This document shows, piece by piece, positions 51,714-62,190 of a DNA stretch of 64,000 nt; the stretch's first letter is position 1; each line of letters starts with the position of its first letter. The position numbers were made by a program, and so were the translations under genes. Source of the DNA: a virus; the IMG/VR virus record IMGVR_UViG_3300045988_123958, one strand, 5' to 3'. Under the pieces are notes generated by a model, which had not been told where the DNA came from, did not search any database, and worked only from the letters and a program-made list of their open reading frames with translations.

Positions 51714-52160
51714 ATGAATACTTATGGTTATCCATAGCAGTAGTATCCAATAGGTAATAATAGACCTATTTATGGAACAACTGCTACGCCTGTGATTCAA
51801 AATAATACTACATAGCGAATTAGACCCGTTGCTTCTTTAGAAGAGGTTCGAGCTATGAATATAGATTTTGATGGTTCAGTTTTTTATTTTCCTGACTATG
51901 CTAATCGTAGAATTTATACAAAACAAATAAATATGGATGGAACAGCTTCTATTAATATGTATGAATTAAAAGAAATCCCAAATTCTTCTTAGCCTAATAA
52001 TGACTATATAACACGAGAAGAGTTTAATACTACCTTAACTTCTATTAAAGAAGTATTTGCATAGATCATGGGATCTAATAACGCGGTTGCGCCGTCTTAG
52101 GAATCGGGTTAGCCAGCTCAATAGCAACCAACAGAAAGCAAACCGCAGTTTAATTTTTAA
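51714..52160 (+). CDS. Pro/Gln-rich hypothetical protein
   Basis: ATG after a GGAGGT RBS. About 148 codons with 7 TAG. Q/P-rich at both ends. Confidence 0.45.
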
Positions 52161-52172
52161 GGAGAGTTTCAA

Positions 52173-52421
52173 ATGACACAATCAATGAATCCAATACAAA
52201 TTATTGCTATGATTAAAAACGGTCAAAATCCATAGCAATTAGTTTTATCTATGCTTGAAAATCAAATGGGTGGAACGCCAATGGGCAATAATTTATTACA
52301 AATGGCACGGAACGGTCAATCCGATGACATTGAAAAATTTGCTCGTAATTTGTTTGAATCAAGAGGTTTGAATTTCGATAAAGAATTTAATAGTTTTAAG
52401 TCCCAAATAGGGTTTAAATAA
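52173..52421 (+). CDS. small Gln/Asn-rich hypothetical protein
   Basis: 82 codons with 2 TAG and a GGAGAG RBS. Confidence 0.4.
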
Positions 52422-52447
52422 ATAAAATTATAGAAAGAGGTTTTGTT

Positions 52448-53320
52448 ATGTTTAATTACAATTATCCAATGAGCACGCCGAATTATTCATTATCTGATAT
52501 TGCTGCGGCTTCTGGAAATGGCTATCGTAATAATGATGGCGGAATGTGGGGAGACGGAGCATGGTGGATTATTATTCTGTTCTTATTCTGCTTCAATGGT
52601 TGGGGCGGTAATGGCTGGGGTAATAATGGTTCTGGTTTCCAAGGCACTACAACCCGAGAAGAATTGAACTATGGTTTCGACATTAGTGATCTTAAATCTG
52701 GAGTCAATAGTTTAAATTCTAGCCTTTGTAATGGTTTTAGCGGAGTAAACACTAATCTTTTAAGTGGTTTTGCTAATCTTGCTGAAACTAATAATGCCAA
52801 TACTCGTGCTTTACAGAGCGATATCTGCAATATGGGTATGAATAATATGCAAAATACCTTTAGTATTACTCAGGCCATTAATGCCGATACTGTAGCAGGT
52901 ATGCAGAATACTAATAATTTAACTCAGCAATTAAGTAATATGGCAGCTACTAATGCTCAATGCTGCTGCGAGAATAAACAATTAATTCAATCTAGTTTTG
53001 CTGATCTTAATTACAATCTCGCTAGTATTGCTTGCCAGAATCGTCAGACTACCGTTGATGGTGTCCGCGATATTATTGACAACAATAATGCTAATATGCG
53101 TTCTATTCTTGACTTCCTTGTTCAAGATAAAATTGAGACTCTTACCAGTGAAAATAGCACTCTTAAAAATTAGATTTCTCAAAATCTTCAAAATGCTTAT
53201 CTTATTGATCAGTTGTCTCCAAAAGCAACTCCTGCTTATATTGTTGCTAATCCTTATACCGGTGTTAGTTATACTAGCTATGGATGCGGATATGGTTCAG
53301 GATGCGGTTGCAATTCCTGA
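52448..53320 (+). CDS. Gly/Asn/Trp-rich single-pass membrane protein with N/Q-rich coiled region and Cys-rich C-terminal tail
   Basis: Track ORF 52448..53173 extended through 1 TAG to a TGA near 53318. Transmembrane segment AWWIIILFLFCF flanked by GWGGNGWGNNG repeats. C-terminus is GCGYGSGCGCNS. Confidence 0.5.
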
Positions 53321-53341
53321 TTGAAGAAAGAAGGTTAAATT

Positions 53342-53632
53342 ATGGAAATAACGGCTAATGCTTTACAATCAGTTGCTACTGGTTCTAATGTAGTATTCAC
53401 TAACACAGCTGTTGCTGGAAACTGTTCCATAATGTATCGCGAGGGTAGCGGTCTAGTTACCCTCCGCGGTCTTACGAACGGTCAACGCAGAGCTCGTTTC
53501 CGCATTTCATTTGGAGGTAATATAGGACTTCCAACTACTGGAACTGCGGGTGCTATTTCTTTGGCTATAGCTATTAATGGAGAGCCAGTTACTACTTCTA
53601 CAATGATTTCTACTCCTACGGCTACTGGATAG
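53342..53632 (+). CDS. C1q/TNF-like (BclA C-terminal-domain-like) protein
   Basis: Track ORF 53342..53632 is extended through one in-frame TAG at 53630-32 and ends at TAA near 53762 (about 140 codons). Predicted all-beta Gly/Thr/Asn-rich domain resembling exosporium BclA C-terminal domain or C1q jelly rolls. The call rests on remembered family features, not a search. Confidence 0.35.
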   Translation: MEITANALQSVATGSNVVFTNTAVAGNCSIMYREGSGLVTLRGLTNGQRRARFRISFGGNIGLPTTGTAGAISLAIAINGEPVTTSTMISTPTATG

Positions 53633-53777
53633 TTTAATAATGTTTCACGTGCTTTATTCCTTGATGTGTTAGGCGGTTGTTGCACTCAAATCAGTATTGA
53701 AAACACGAGTTCATAGGCTATTGATGTTGAAAATGCCAGCTTAATTATCGAGAGAGTGGCATAAGGAGGTTTTTTAA

Positions 53778-54320
53778 ATGTGCGATAAATTCCAAGAAAT
53801 TAAAAAGCAATTATTAACTCAAGTAGAAAGCCAAATGGCTCATTTAGAATGTGTTGATACAAAGGAAATGGGCGAAGTAATAGATATGATAAAAGACCTT
53901 GAACAGGCTATTTATTATTGCACTATTACTGAAGCTATGAATGAATTACCTGAAACCACACATTATTATACTGAAAAATATAAATCTCCTCATAAAAAAA
54001 GAATTTATAAACCCATGACATATAATTATGATTGGGAAGATTATGATTATGATGAACATGAATATGAGATGCCAACGAGTGGGAAATCTCATGAAGCCCA
54101 TGATAGCAGAGAGGGTCGTAGCGGCGTCCACAGAAAGATGTATATAGAAGCCAAAGAACTTCATAAAGATAAAAGCGTTTAGATAAAAGAGTTAGACAAG
54201 TATCTTCAAGAATTAAGCTCTGATATAGTAGAAATGATTGAAGATGCTTCTAATGATGAACGTTCTTATATGGAGAAGAAAATCTAGGCTTTAGCATCTA
54301 AAATTGGATCTATGAATGGT
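53778..54320 (+). CDS. acidic His/Tyr-rich hypothetical protein
   Basis: Track ORF 53778..54182 extended through 2 TAG. About 181 codons. Confidence 0.4.
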
Positions 54321-54615
54321 TAATATTAATAATAGGAATTGGAGGATACTATTAGTATCTTCCAATCATCCTATGTTAATGCGACCTTCTGGAATATATA
54401 CTTTAGGTTCTTGTGATGATCCTACTTCAACAATTTATATTAATGAAAATATTAGCAATAAAAAATTAAAAAAAGTATTAGCGCATGAATTAACTCATGC
54501 TGCTATTTTTAGCTATGATATTTCATTAAAACCAGAAGAAGAAGAATTGATTGCGGATTTGGTGGGAACTTATGGTGAAGAAATTATAAATAATACTAAT
54601 CTTTTATTTAAATAG
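54316..54615 (+). CDS. HExxH zincin-like putative metallopeptidase (ImmA/SprT-like)
   Basis: Intact 99-aa ORF with the motif LAHELTHAAIF. Confidence 0.4.
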   Translation: MVNINNRNWRILLVSSNHPMLMRPSGIYTLGSCDDPTSTIYINENISNKKLKKVLAHELTHAAIFSYDISLKPEEEELIADLVGTYGEEIINNTNLLFK

Positions 54616-54627
54616 ATAAAAAAAATA

Positions 54628-54670
54628 AGGGAATGAAACTATTTTTGTTTCATTCCCTTATTTTTTTTTA
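54628..54670. terminator. bidirectional rho-independent terminator
   Basis: AAGGGAATGAAAC...GTTTCATTCCCTT hairpin flanked by an A-run and a T9 run. Confidence 0.7.
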
Positions 54671-55099
54671 TTAGTCTTTAAGCGGTAATTTTAAAGTCCT
54701 TTCATAGTACTCTTTAGCCTATCCATTTCCACCTAAACCTGCATATACTTTAAAGAATTCGACTAACTATTCATACTGCCCTGAAGTCATATATCCTTGT
54801 TTTAAGAAACTTTGACATAATTGAATTAATCTAAATCTATAAGAAGCAAGAATTATTTCAATATATTTCTCACTACTTTTCTTTTCTTCCAATACGAAAG
54901 ATCTTAAATTATTTAAATCTTCTTTAATTGGAGCTATATGTTCTTCAATTAATTCTTCTAATTGTTCATCTTTCTTTTCTTCTGCCAATTTTTGATACAT
55001 TTTCATTTGGGTATAAATATATCTACAAAAGGCTAAGAGGCCAGCAGAAATAAGACCAAAAAATATTTCTATAAAATGCTAGGCAATAAAAGCAGACAT
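54671..55099 (-). CDS. small membrane protein
   Basis: Track ORF 54767..55006 extended in both directions through TAG. ATG at 55097-99 after a GGAGGT RBS. N-terminal transmembrane helix. About 142 codons. Confidence 0.45.
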
Positions 55100-55156
55100 A
55101 AAAAATACCTCCTTCCACTTAACTTCTAATATATTTTAAAAGAAGGGAAGGAGGAT

Positions 55157-55690
55157 TATTTATTTAAGGCCTATTTATTACTCCCAATTAAAATCATTAT
55201 TGGAACTTTCTTTCGTGAAATATGCGGTATATAAACATATGGCATCACATATATCGTCATTGGCTTTTATATTATATTTTTGCTATACAAAATCAATATC
55301 AGCTTGTTTAAGAGTTTCACGTTTAATACTGCGACCGGTTTTAATTCCGAGTTTTTTGCGCCATTCACTTGCCTACATCAGCTCTAATGTTTTGGAAGTA
55401 AATGAAGAATTAACTCCATGGGCGCCTAACATTACTGCGCCTTGAAGCCACATTAATAAACGTGAAGTATCAGAATATCCATAAGTTTCAGGATGAACAT
55501 CTTCCGCTACTATCTTCTCTATATTATATTTTTTTACTAATTCAATAATCTAATCTTGTATTTTTTGTATTCTATCTAAATTATTAGAGGAAACCGCGGT
55601 TAGCAGTCCATAATCTAACATTTCTCCCTCATTATTAGATACACAATAACCAGTAGATTTAGTGGACAAATCTAAAAAGAGGATATTCAA
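55157..55690 (-). CDS. RuvC-like Holliday junction resolvase
   Basis: TTG start after a GGAGGTAATTAC RBS. 177 codons with 4 in-frame TAG. Contains ILFLDLSTKSTGYCV near the N-terminus and DDICDAICLYTAYF near the C-terminus. No piece is long enough to appear in the ORF track. Confidence 0.55.
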
Positions 55691-55723
55691 GTAATTACCT
55701 CCTTTCTTTAAGGTTTGAGGTAA

Positions 55724-56242
55724 TTACTTTGAAGTTGAACCAAATCCTCCAAGGCGGTCACCAGAAGCATTATCGTCTTCGGTGATTAAATAAGGTTTAA
55801 TAATACCTTGACCAATAACATCACCTTTATGAAGTTGAATATCAAAAGGAGATAAATTAATCATTTGAAAATAAATATGTCCTTCATTATCAGGATTATT
55901 ATAATAGTCTGCGTCAATAATCCCAACGCCATTAGCAAGAATAAGCCAATATTTTAAAGGACAAGAACTGCGAACTGATAATTCAAGATATGTATTATCA
56001 TTTAATTCACATTTAATTCCAGTAGGCACAAGAGTTGGTTTTGCTTTAAGATTTTTTGTCATATTACCCATATCTTCAAGAGAGATTGAATCAAAATAAC
56101 GTGTTGGAAATCTATTTAGCAAATTCTTATATGCTGGAATTACAACATCTTCTGCTACTGTAAAATCATAGCCTGCGGATTTCGCTGTTTTTCTTACGGG
56201 CAAAACCGCGTCTGGATATTTGCTTACTCGTTCAAACTTCAT
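55724..56242 (-). CDS. dut: dUTP diphosphatase
   Basis: Intact 172-aa ORF with SAGYDF, GVGIIDADYY and GDRLGGFGSTSK motifs. Confidence 0.8.
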   Translation of the reverse strand: MKFERVSKYPDAVLPVRKTAKSAGYDFTVAEDVVIPAYKNLLNRFPTRYFDSISLEDMGNMTKNLKAKPTLVPTGIKCELNDNTYLELSVRSSCPLKYWLILANGVGIIDADYYNNPDNEGHIYFQMINLSPFDIQLHKGDVIGQGIIKPYLITEDDNASGDRLGGFGSTSK

Positions 56243-56490
56243 TAAAAGCTTACCTCATAATTTACATTAATATTACTAATAGGATCTTTTTCATCATTGA
56301 ATTTTTTAACAAGAGTGACTTGATACCATTCATCGACAATTTCGCCCTTAGCCTTTTTTTCTTTCTTCACTGAACTATACTTAGCTAAAATATATTTAGT
56401 TTCAGCCTTAGCCTCATCAATAAGCGCGGCCGCACTTTCCTCATTATCTACACGATAAACTTCTGTAGCACTTACAAGATACTTATTCAT
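56242..56490 (-). CDS. hypothetical protein
   Basis: Intact 82-aa ORF, tightly packed in the operon. Confidence 0.5.
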   Translation of the reverse strand: MNKYLVSATEVYRVDNEESAAALIDEAKAETKYILAKYSSVKKEKKAKGEIVDEWYQVTLVKKFNDEKDPISNINVNYEVSF

Positions 56491-56750
56491 TAACCTACCT
56501 CAACTTTAATTTCTTTTCTATTGGAATAATTTAAACTATTACTTTCATAAATTTTTGGAATTAATTCATTAATAAAATCTTCAATACCATATAAACGTAT
56601 AGTATCAGTATTATTCTTATAACAAGATGCTACTAAAACATTTGGAAGATCAGGAATACTACAAGTTCCAATACTTACTGCCATTCCATCATCATAAGTT
56701 TTAAAAACATTTTGTTCCATTGAAAATAAATTAATATTACAAACAATCAT
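56490..56750 (-). CDS. hypothetical protein
   Basis: Intact 86-aa ORF, contiguous with its neighbours. Confidence 0.5.
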   Translation of the reverse strand: MIVCNINLFSMEQNVFKTYDDGMAVSIGTCSIPDLPNVLVASCYKNNTDTIRLYGIEDFINELIPKIYESNSLNYSNRKEIKVEVG

Positions 56751-57284
56751 TTAATTACACTCCACAATACCAGCATCATATTGGAATAAATAAAAACAAT
56801 AAGATTCATTATCAATATTTATCCAAATTTCAATAGCATTATCATTATTTTTTTCCCAACCAACAATACTTCCTAATTCTTGGCAAAGTATAATTACCAT
56901 ACTCGCTACAGAACCAGTTGAAATAATTGGAGGAATATTTTTGTGAAAAATGGTATAATAATTATAATCTTTACATAATAACATATAATACATTCCATAT
57001 TCACTTATTTCATTAATACTACTCATTAATTTATTTAATTCTTCTTCATTAATTGGATCCATTTGTATCATAATATTTTTATTAAAATCATATAAATTCA
57101 TTCCAGTTTGAAATGTAGTAGAATTATCTGACAAATTATTAGTAGTAGTTCCTATCATTACCCATTCATTTCCAGTGTAACAATATTGTTTCTGATCTTC
57201 ACCAGAAATGGCAATAGTTCCTTCTTCGAATTTACGAGGAGAATTATATAATTCTCCCATCGTATTAGTATAAAAAACATTCAT
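56751..57284 (-). CDS. hypothetical protein
   Basis: Intact 177-aa ORF. Confidence 0.55.
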   Translation of the reverse strand: MNVFYTNTMGELYNSPRKFEEGTIAISGEDQKQYCYTGNEWVMIGTTTNNLSDNSTTFQTGMNLYDFNKNIMIQMDPINEEELNKLMSSINEISEYGMYYMLLCKDYNYYTIFHKNIPPIISTGSVASMVIILCQELGSIVGWEKNNDNAIEIWINIDNESYCFYLFQYDAGIVECN

Positions 57285-57365
57285 TGTTATATAATCTCCT
57301 ATCTATTTCATAGAAAAATTATATCACAAATTTTCTTTTTTGTCAAGTTTTAAATTAATAATGTT

Positions 57366-57818
57366 CTAATTGCGGGAACCGCGTAAAGGTAAAGTAATAT
57401 CTCTTTCCTTTTGGATATATGGTCCATCAATTAGATAATCAGCGGTTTTTAATATATTCTTAATTCTAATATTATTACTATTCTTCAAATCATCATAAAC
57501 ATATCCAGTCCATATATATATTTTAATGTTTGGATATATTTTTTTAATTTCAGTAATAATTAAATTAGTTAAAAATTCATTTTCAGGGCAGAGAGGCTCT
57601 CCACCCATAATACAAAGATTACGCTCAACATTATTCGCATTAATAGCAGTAATTAATTCATCTAATACTTTATTAGTGAATTCTTTACCACCATTAAAAT
57701 CCCACGTTTCGGGGTTTTGGCACCCTTCACAATGGTGCGGACACCCTTGTGTAAAAAATGATACACATACTCCGGGTGCCGCTGCCAAATCATTCTTTAT
57801 AATTCCTGCATATTTCAT
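57366..57818 (-). CDS. nrdG: anaerobic ribonucleotide reductase activating protein (radical SAM)
   Basis: CPHHCEGC (Cx3Cx2C) motif; overlaps the end of nrdD. Confidence 0.8.
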   Translation of the reverse strand: MKYAGIIKNDLAAAPGVCVSFFTQGCPHHCEGCQNPETWDFNGGKEFTNKVLDELITAINANNVERNLCIMGGEPLCPENEFLTNLIITEIKKIYPNIKIYIWTGYVYDDLKNSNNIRIKNILKTADYLIDGPYIQKERDITLPLRGSRN

Positions 57819-60085
57819 TCTAACACTCCTGTATGTTTCACTCTTGCTTCAACTTCTTTTTGTTTACCCCAGTTAAAAGCAGTTTTATAATTGCCTGTAA
57901 GATAACCAGTCACACGACGCAATTGTTGAATATTGTGGCTTCCGCACACAGGACAAGAATCATTAAACTCATCACAATAACCACATTCAAGGCAAGTATC
58001 ATTAGGAACATTTACTGCGAAATAAGGAATATCGTGGTCCATTGCATAATTAACAATAGTTTCAAGAGCATCAATATTGTGTTTTACAGTAGAATCAAGT
58101 TCAACATAAGTAATACATCCTGCGGATGAATAGCCAGTCAGCTCAGATTCAATATCAATTTTTTCAAACGGACTCATTTCTTTCCACACTGGAACATGAA
58201 TACTATTAGTGAAAAATTCTCTATCACTAACATTAGGAATAATTCCATACCTTTCTTTAAATTTTGTCATAGCAGTATAACATAAATTTTCTGCGGGTGT
58301 ATAATAAACTCCAAAATTTAATTTATATTTTTCTTTATACTCGGCGCATCTATCTTTAAATAATTGTTCAATTCGTTTAGCTAATTCCATTCCTTCTGAA
58401 GTGGTGTGGTCTTTACCAATAAGAATTTGAAGAGTTTCAGCTAAACCTAACTGACCAATAGCAAGAGTTCCGTGCTTAAGAGCGGAACGAATTCCTTCTT
58501 CTGGAATATAACCTGCCATAACGTTATTTTCATACATAAATTTCGCGGAGCCTGGGTCTTGAGAGCAAATCCATTCAAAACGTTCCATTAATTGGATACG
58601 TGCTTCATTGATTTTTCTATCAAGTAAAGACATAAATCGTTCTACACCAATTTTAGTCCGTTCTTCTTGGGACAACGATTTATAGTCCTCCCAATTATCA
58701 TTTTCGTTTAGGGTAACGGCCATCATCGCAAGAGTTGGAAGAATAATAGTAACTGGACAAATATTTCCACGTCCATCTTTAAGCTGGCCGAATCCATTGA
58801 TATCCCAGCCGTTTGCGGTTCTACATCCCATTGTAGAAAAATAAGTGCGAGGATCATTAATATCATATCCCGCATTACCAGACCAATCAACATTTGCATA
58901 ATTAGGATAAAGGCGTCTCGCGGTGCTTTCTAATGCTAATCTATATAAATCATAGTTAGGATCACCTAATTTGCGGTTAACCCCTTTCATACATTGGAAA
59001 ATTCCACAAGGAAAAATTGAAGTTTTATGTAATTTACCAAGACCTTCAATAGAAACATCTAATAACGCCTTAGTTACCATTCTGCCTTCAGGTTTAGTAC
59101 AAGTGCCATAGTTAATACTTGTAAATGGTAATTGATTGCCACTACGAGATTGTAAAGTATTAAGATTATGATAAAGACCTTCTGCAGCTTGATGAGTTTC
59201 GCGAGTAGTCATTTTCATAGCATATTTATATGCTTTTGGAAATGATTTATAAAAATCATCATCAATAGGAGTTTCTTTACTATAACAACCATCATATTTG
59301 CTCATATCTAATCCTTCATATAAAAATTCAATACCATCATTGAAATGTTTAAAGAAAGATTTTCTTACATAAGGAACCATAGTCCAATCTAAATGAGTAG
59401 CACTAACTCCACCAAACTAACAAAGACTTTGGATTTGAAAAATAACAGCAATTAATTGAAACGCTGTATTAATTGAACCCGCAGGACGAACATCAGCTTG
59501 ACGAGTATTAAATCCATTAGTGAGTAAATCATCAAAGGGAATACTTAAACAATTATGAGAACCAACATAATAAGAATCAAGGTCATGAGTATATATCATA
59601 TTATCAATATGATTCTTACGAGCCATAGGGGAAAGTAAGTAATCAAGTGCAAGTTGTTTGGTGACAACACTACTTGCTTCACCTATACGGCCACCAAATG
59701 AATGTTCATCAACATTAGCATTTTGATTTTTTACATTATTACCATCGAGCTTTTCACGAATTGCTTTAATAAAATCATCTTTTTTATTACGAGCAACTTC
59801 TTTTTTATATCTATATCTGATATAAGCACGAGCAACATCGCGTCGCTCAGAACGCATTAAATAATCTTCAATCCAATCTTGAAGATCTTCTACTCCAACG
59901 CTTCCATCAGGGAAATGATTTATTTGTCTTTCAATGTCTTCCGCGATATCTTTCGCAGTATCATCTTCATATAGTTTACCATCAACTTCAATAAATGCTT
60001 TATTTATTGCGTTAATAATTTTCTTTTTATTAAATTGAGTTATACTTCCATCACGTTTAATAATATACAATTTTTTTGCCTCCAA
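57815..60085 (-). CDS. nrdD: anaerobic ribonucleoside-triphosphate reductase (single gene read through one TAG)
   Basis: Track ORFs 59417..60085 (ATP-cone N-terminus) and 57815..59380 are in the same frame, with a TAG at 59417-19 and a 12-codon open linker. C-terminal Zn ribbon CLECGYC...CPVCG and glycyl-radical motif RVTGYL. Confidence 0.85.
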
Positions 60086-60144
60086 ACTAAATATAGTAGT
60101 TCTTTTAGAATATTCTACTATATTTAGATTTTGTTAGTAAATAA

Positions 60145-60750
60145 TTATTTATCTTGGTCCATTTCCGCCCATTGCTTAACTCTTTGAGTTAAAAGATTAA
60201 CAATATTATTATAATCTTCTAATGTTTCATTTGTCACAATATTGCACTTAATATCATTCATTAGTTGAAATTGAATTTCATCAGTAGTATATCTTCTAAT
60301 AATTTCATTTACATCAGGATTTTCTTCTCTGTTTAATTGCCTAATTAAACGTGTCTTTCCTTTAGCGGTGATATAATATATCTCCAATTCAATTCTATCA
60401 TCTTTAAGAAGACTTATAATTCCTTCGGGATTAAAAACACCAATATTAACTTTACTATCAGACAAACTATCAATACTTGTGCCATAATACCAATTATTAA
60501 AAGAAGTGGTTTCTAACATTTTATTTTCATCAATTAAAGTTAAAAACTAATCATCTGAAACAAAATGATAATTTTTATCTGCTATTTCTTTTTCACGCTT
60601 TGGGCGCGTAGTGTGGCTTATAATAGGATTTAGATATTCTTCTAATTGGGAAAAGGTAGCCATCATTAGGCTATCTTTTCCTGCACCAGATTTTCCACAT
60701 AATGCAATAATTTTATACATCTTCTTCAATTCCTCCTTGATAACGAGCAT
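60145..60750 (-). CDS. gmk: guanylate kinase (read through one TAG)
   Basis: Track ORFs 60547..60750 (P-loop GKSGAGKDS, TTRPKRE, HFVS) and 60145..60519 (NWYYGTS) are in the same frame, separated by a TAG at 60547-49. Confidence 0.8.
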
Positions 60751-62190
60751 CTTTTAAAACTAAATCGCCATTGGATAAAATTTCATCAATTTTATATAAT
60801 TGATGCCCTCCAGAAGAAGCATATTTTTTTGACATGAAATTATCTCCATTGCGGATTCCAGAGACTACAATCATATTTCCGCGATTAAACCAAGATTTTT
60901 CAACAATATGTTTGGTTCCATCTGCACCGCGCTCTGAAATTTGTTTATCAAACAAACTAAAATATTCTTTTCTAAACTTTACTTCTACAGGACCAGTAGT
61001 AGTAAGAATGGTTACAGTGCTTTTAGTTTTATTTTTGGCAATACAAGTTCCGCAAATTTTAAATAACTTATAAATATGAATAGTATGATTTCCTTTGGTA
61101 AAACTTCTATCAATTATTGGATCTTCTGGAAGCTTAAAGAAATCTACAAATCCATATTTATCATTGTTAATATTGTTCAATTCATGAGTATGATAATAAT
61201 AACAAAGAACTTCCATTTCCCAGGCGGATAAATTATTTTTATTAGCGTATTTATCCCAATCATCTTTAAATATTTTTATATTCAGATTATTCAAAATTTC
61301 ATCTTTATTATTAGCAATCCAAGTGCGGAATATGTCCATCCACTTTTGGTATATACCATTCCAAACATTTTCACTTAAAGAATAATTAGTTCCATCAAAT
61401 TGAATATTATTATCTTCTCCAATTTCTACTAAAAAATTAATGGCTCGTTCATCAAGTTGATATAGACCATTATTTTTTGTAGTTTTACAAATTGCTTTTA
61501 AATATCTATTAAATTCATAAATACGGCGAGCCATAATTTGATTTTCATTTTCTTCTGGAAGAAGATCATACTTCATAAGTCCGCCCATATTTTGAAGAGT
61601 AATTCTTTTCTTTTTGTCGCAGGTTTCCCAAATATACCAAATCATTAATTCTTTTCTATCCATCATATTATCAAAGGCTCCACCTTTAATAAGAGAAATC
61701 ATAGCTTGTTTACCTGGCTTAATACGATATAAAAATTCTTTAGGATTTGAATAAGGACGATTAGCAATGATTGTATTAACTAATTCATCACCAACATTTA
61801 GCATACCTTTTAATCCAAAAAGAATTTTATTATTTTCAATATCAGGGGCAAATCCAAATTTAGATTTGTTAATATCAGGAAGACCTACTTCAATTCCTGC
61901 TTTTTGAATATCACTAATAGCCTTGGCAATTTTTCCATAATCGGTGGCTGCGGTTTTGCGGATTTTGCCACTTTTGTCAGGAAGATCTTCAAATGTTACT
62001 CCATTAGCTAAATCATCGCCTTCAGGAGCATAAATATCGACAATCTCTTCTTCGCTATTATCTTCAAGGGAACCACTATTAACAATTAAACAAGCGGTAT
62101 CCCAATAGATAGGATTAAAATGAATTACTAAGTAAATCATTTGAATTGCTACAAATGAATAAGGTAGACTATGATTTAAACTAAATGCAT
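60713..62190 (-). CDS. dnaE: DNA polymerase III alpha subunit (DnaE-type), exon 2
   Basis: Track ORF 60713..62203. The region DAFSLNHSLPYSFVAIQ aligns with the conserved GYGFNKSHSAAYALVSYQ motif. The first four track codons (MRIT) are inferred to be intronic. Confidence 0.7.

Noticed and set aside
11450-53685. Other short antisense ORFs in the track (11450..11680, 12996..13307, 13647..13844, 15462..15686, 18650..18868, 23485..23739, 29229..29435, 36064..36330, 37898..38086, 39056..39253, 42141..42479, 47271..47474, 52982..53191, 53482..53685, 53946..54164) and + strand alternate-frame ORFs (2476..2709, 33393..33587, 46310..46510, 52998..53324)
   Set aside because: Each is embedded in a long, TAG-recoded gene on the opposite strand or in another frame. 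None has its own RBS or homology.
55200-55445. + strand ORF 55200..55445 (81 aa)
   Set aside because: It is antisense to the RuvC-like resolvase gene (55157..55690, - strand). That gene is supported by catalytic motifs once TAG is read as sense.
57815-60750. nrdD and gmk as pseudogenes broken by premature stops
   Set aside because: Each is interrupted by a single in-frame TAG, and both halves keep the same frame and conserved motifs. The same TAG pattern pervades every gene, so the explanation is codon reassignment, not decay.
57526-61073. + strand ORFs 57526..57876, 57833..58129 and 60834..61073
   Set aside because: They are antisense to nrdG, nrdD and dnaE respectively.
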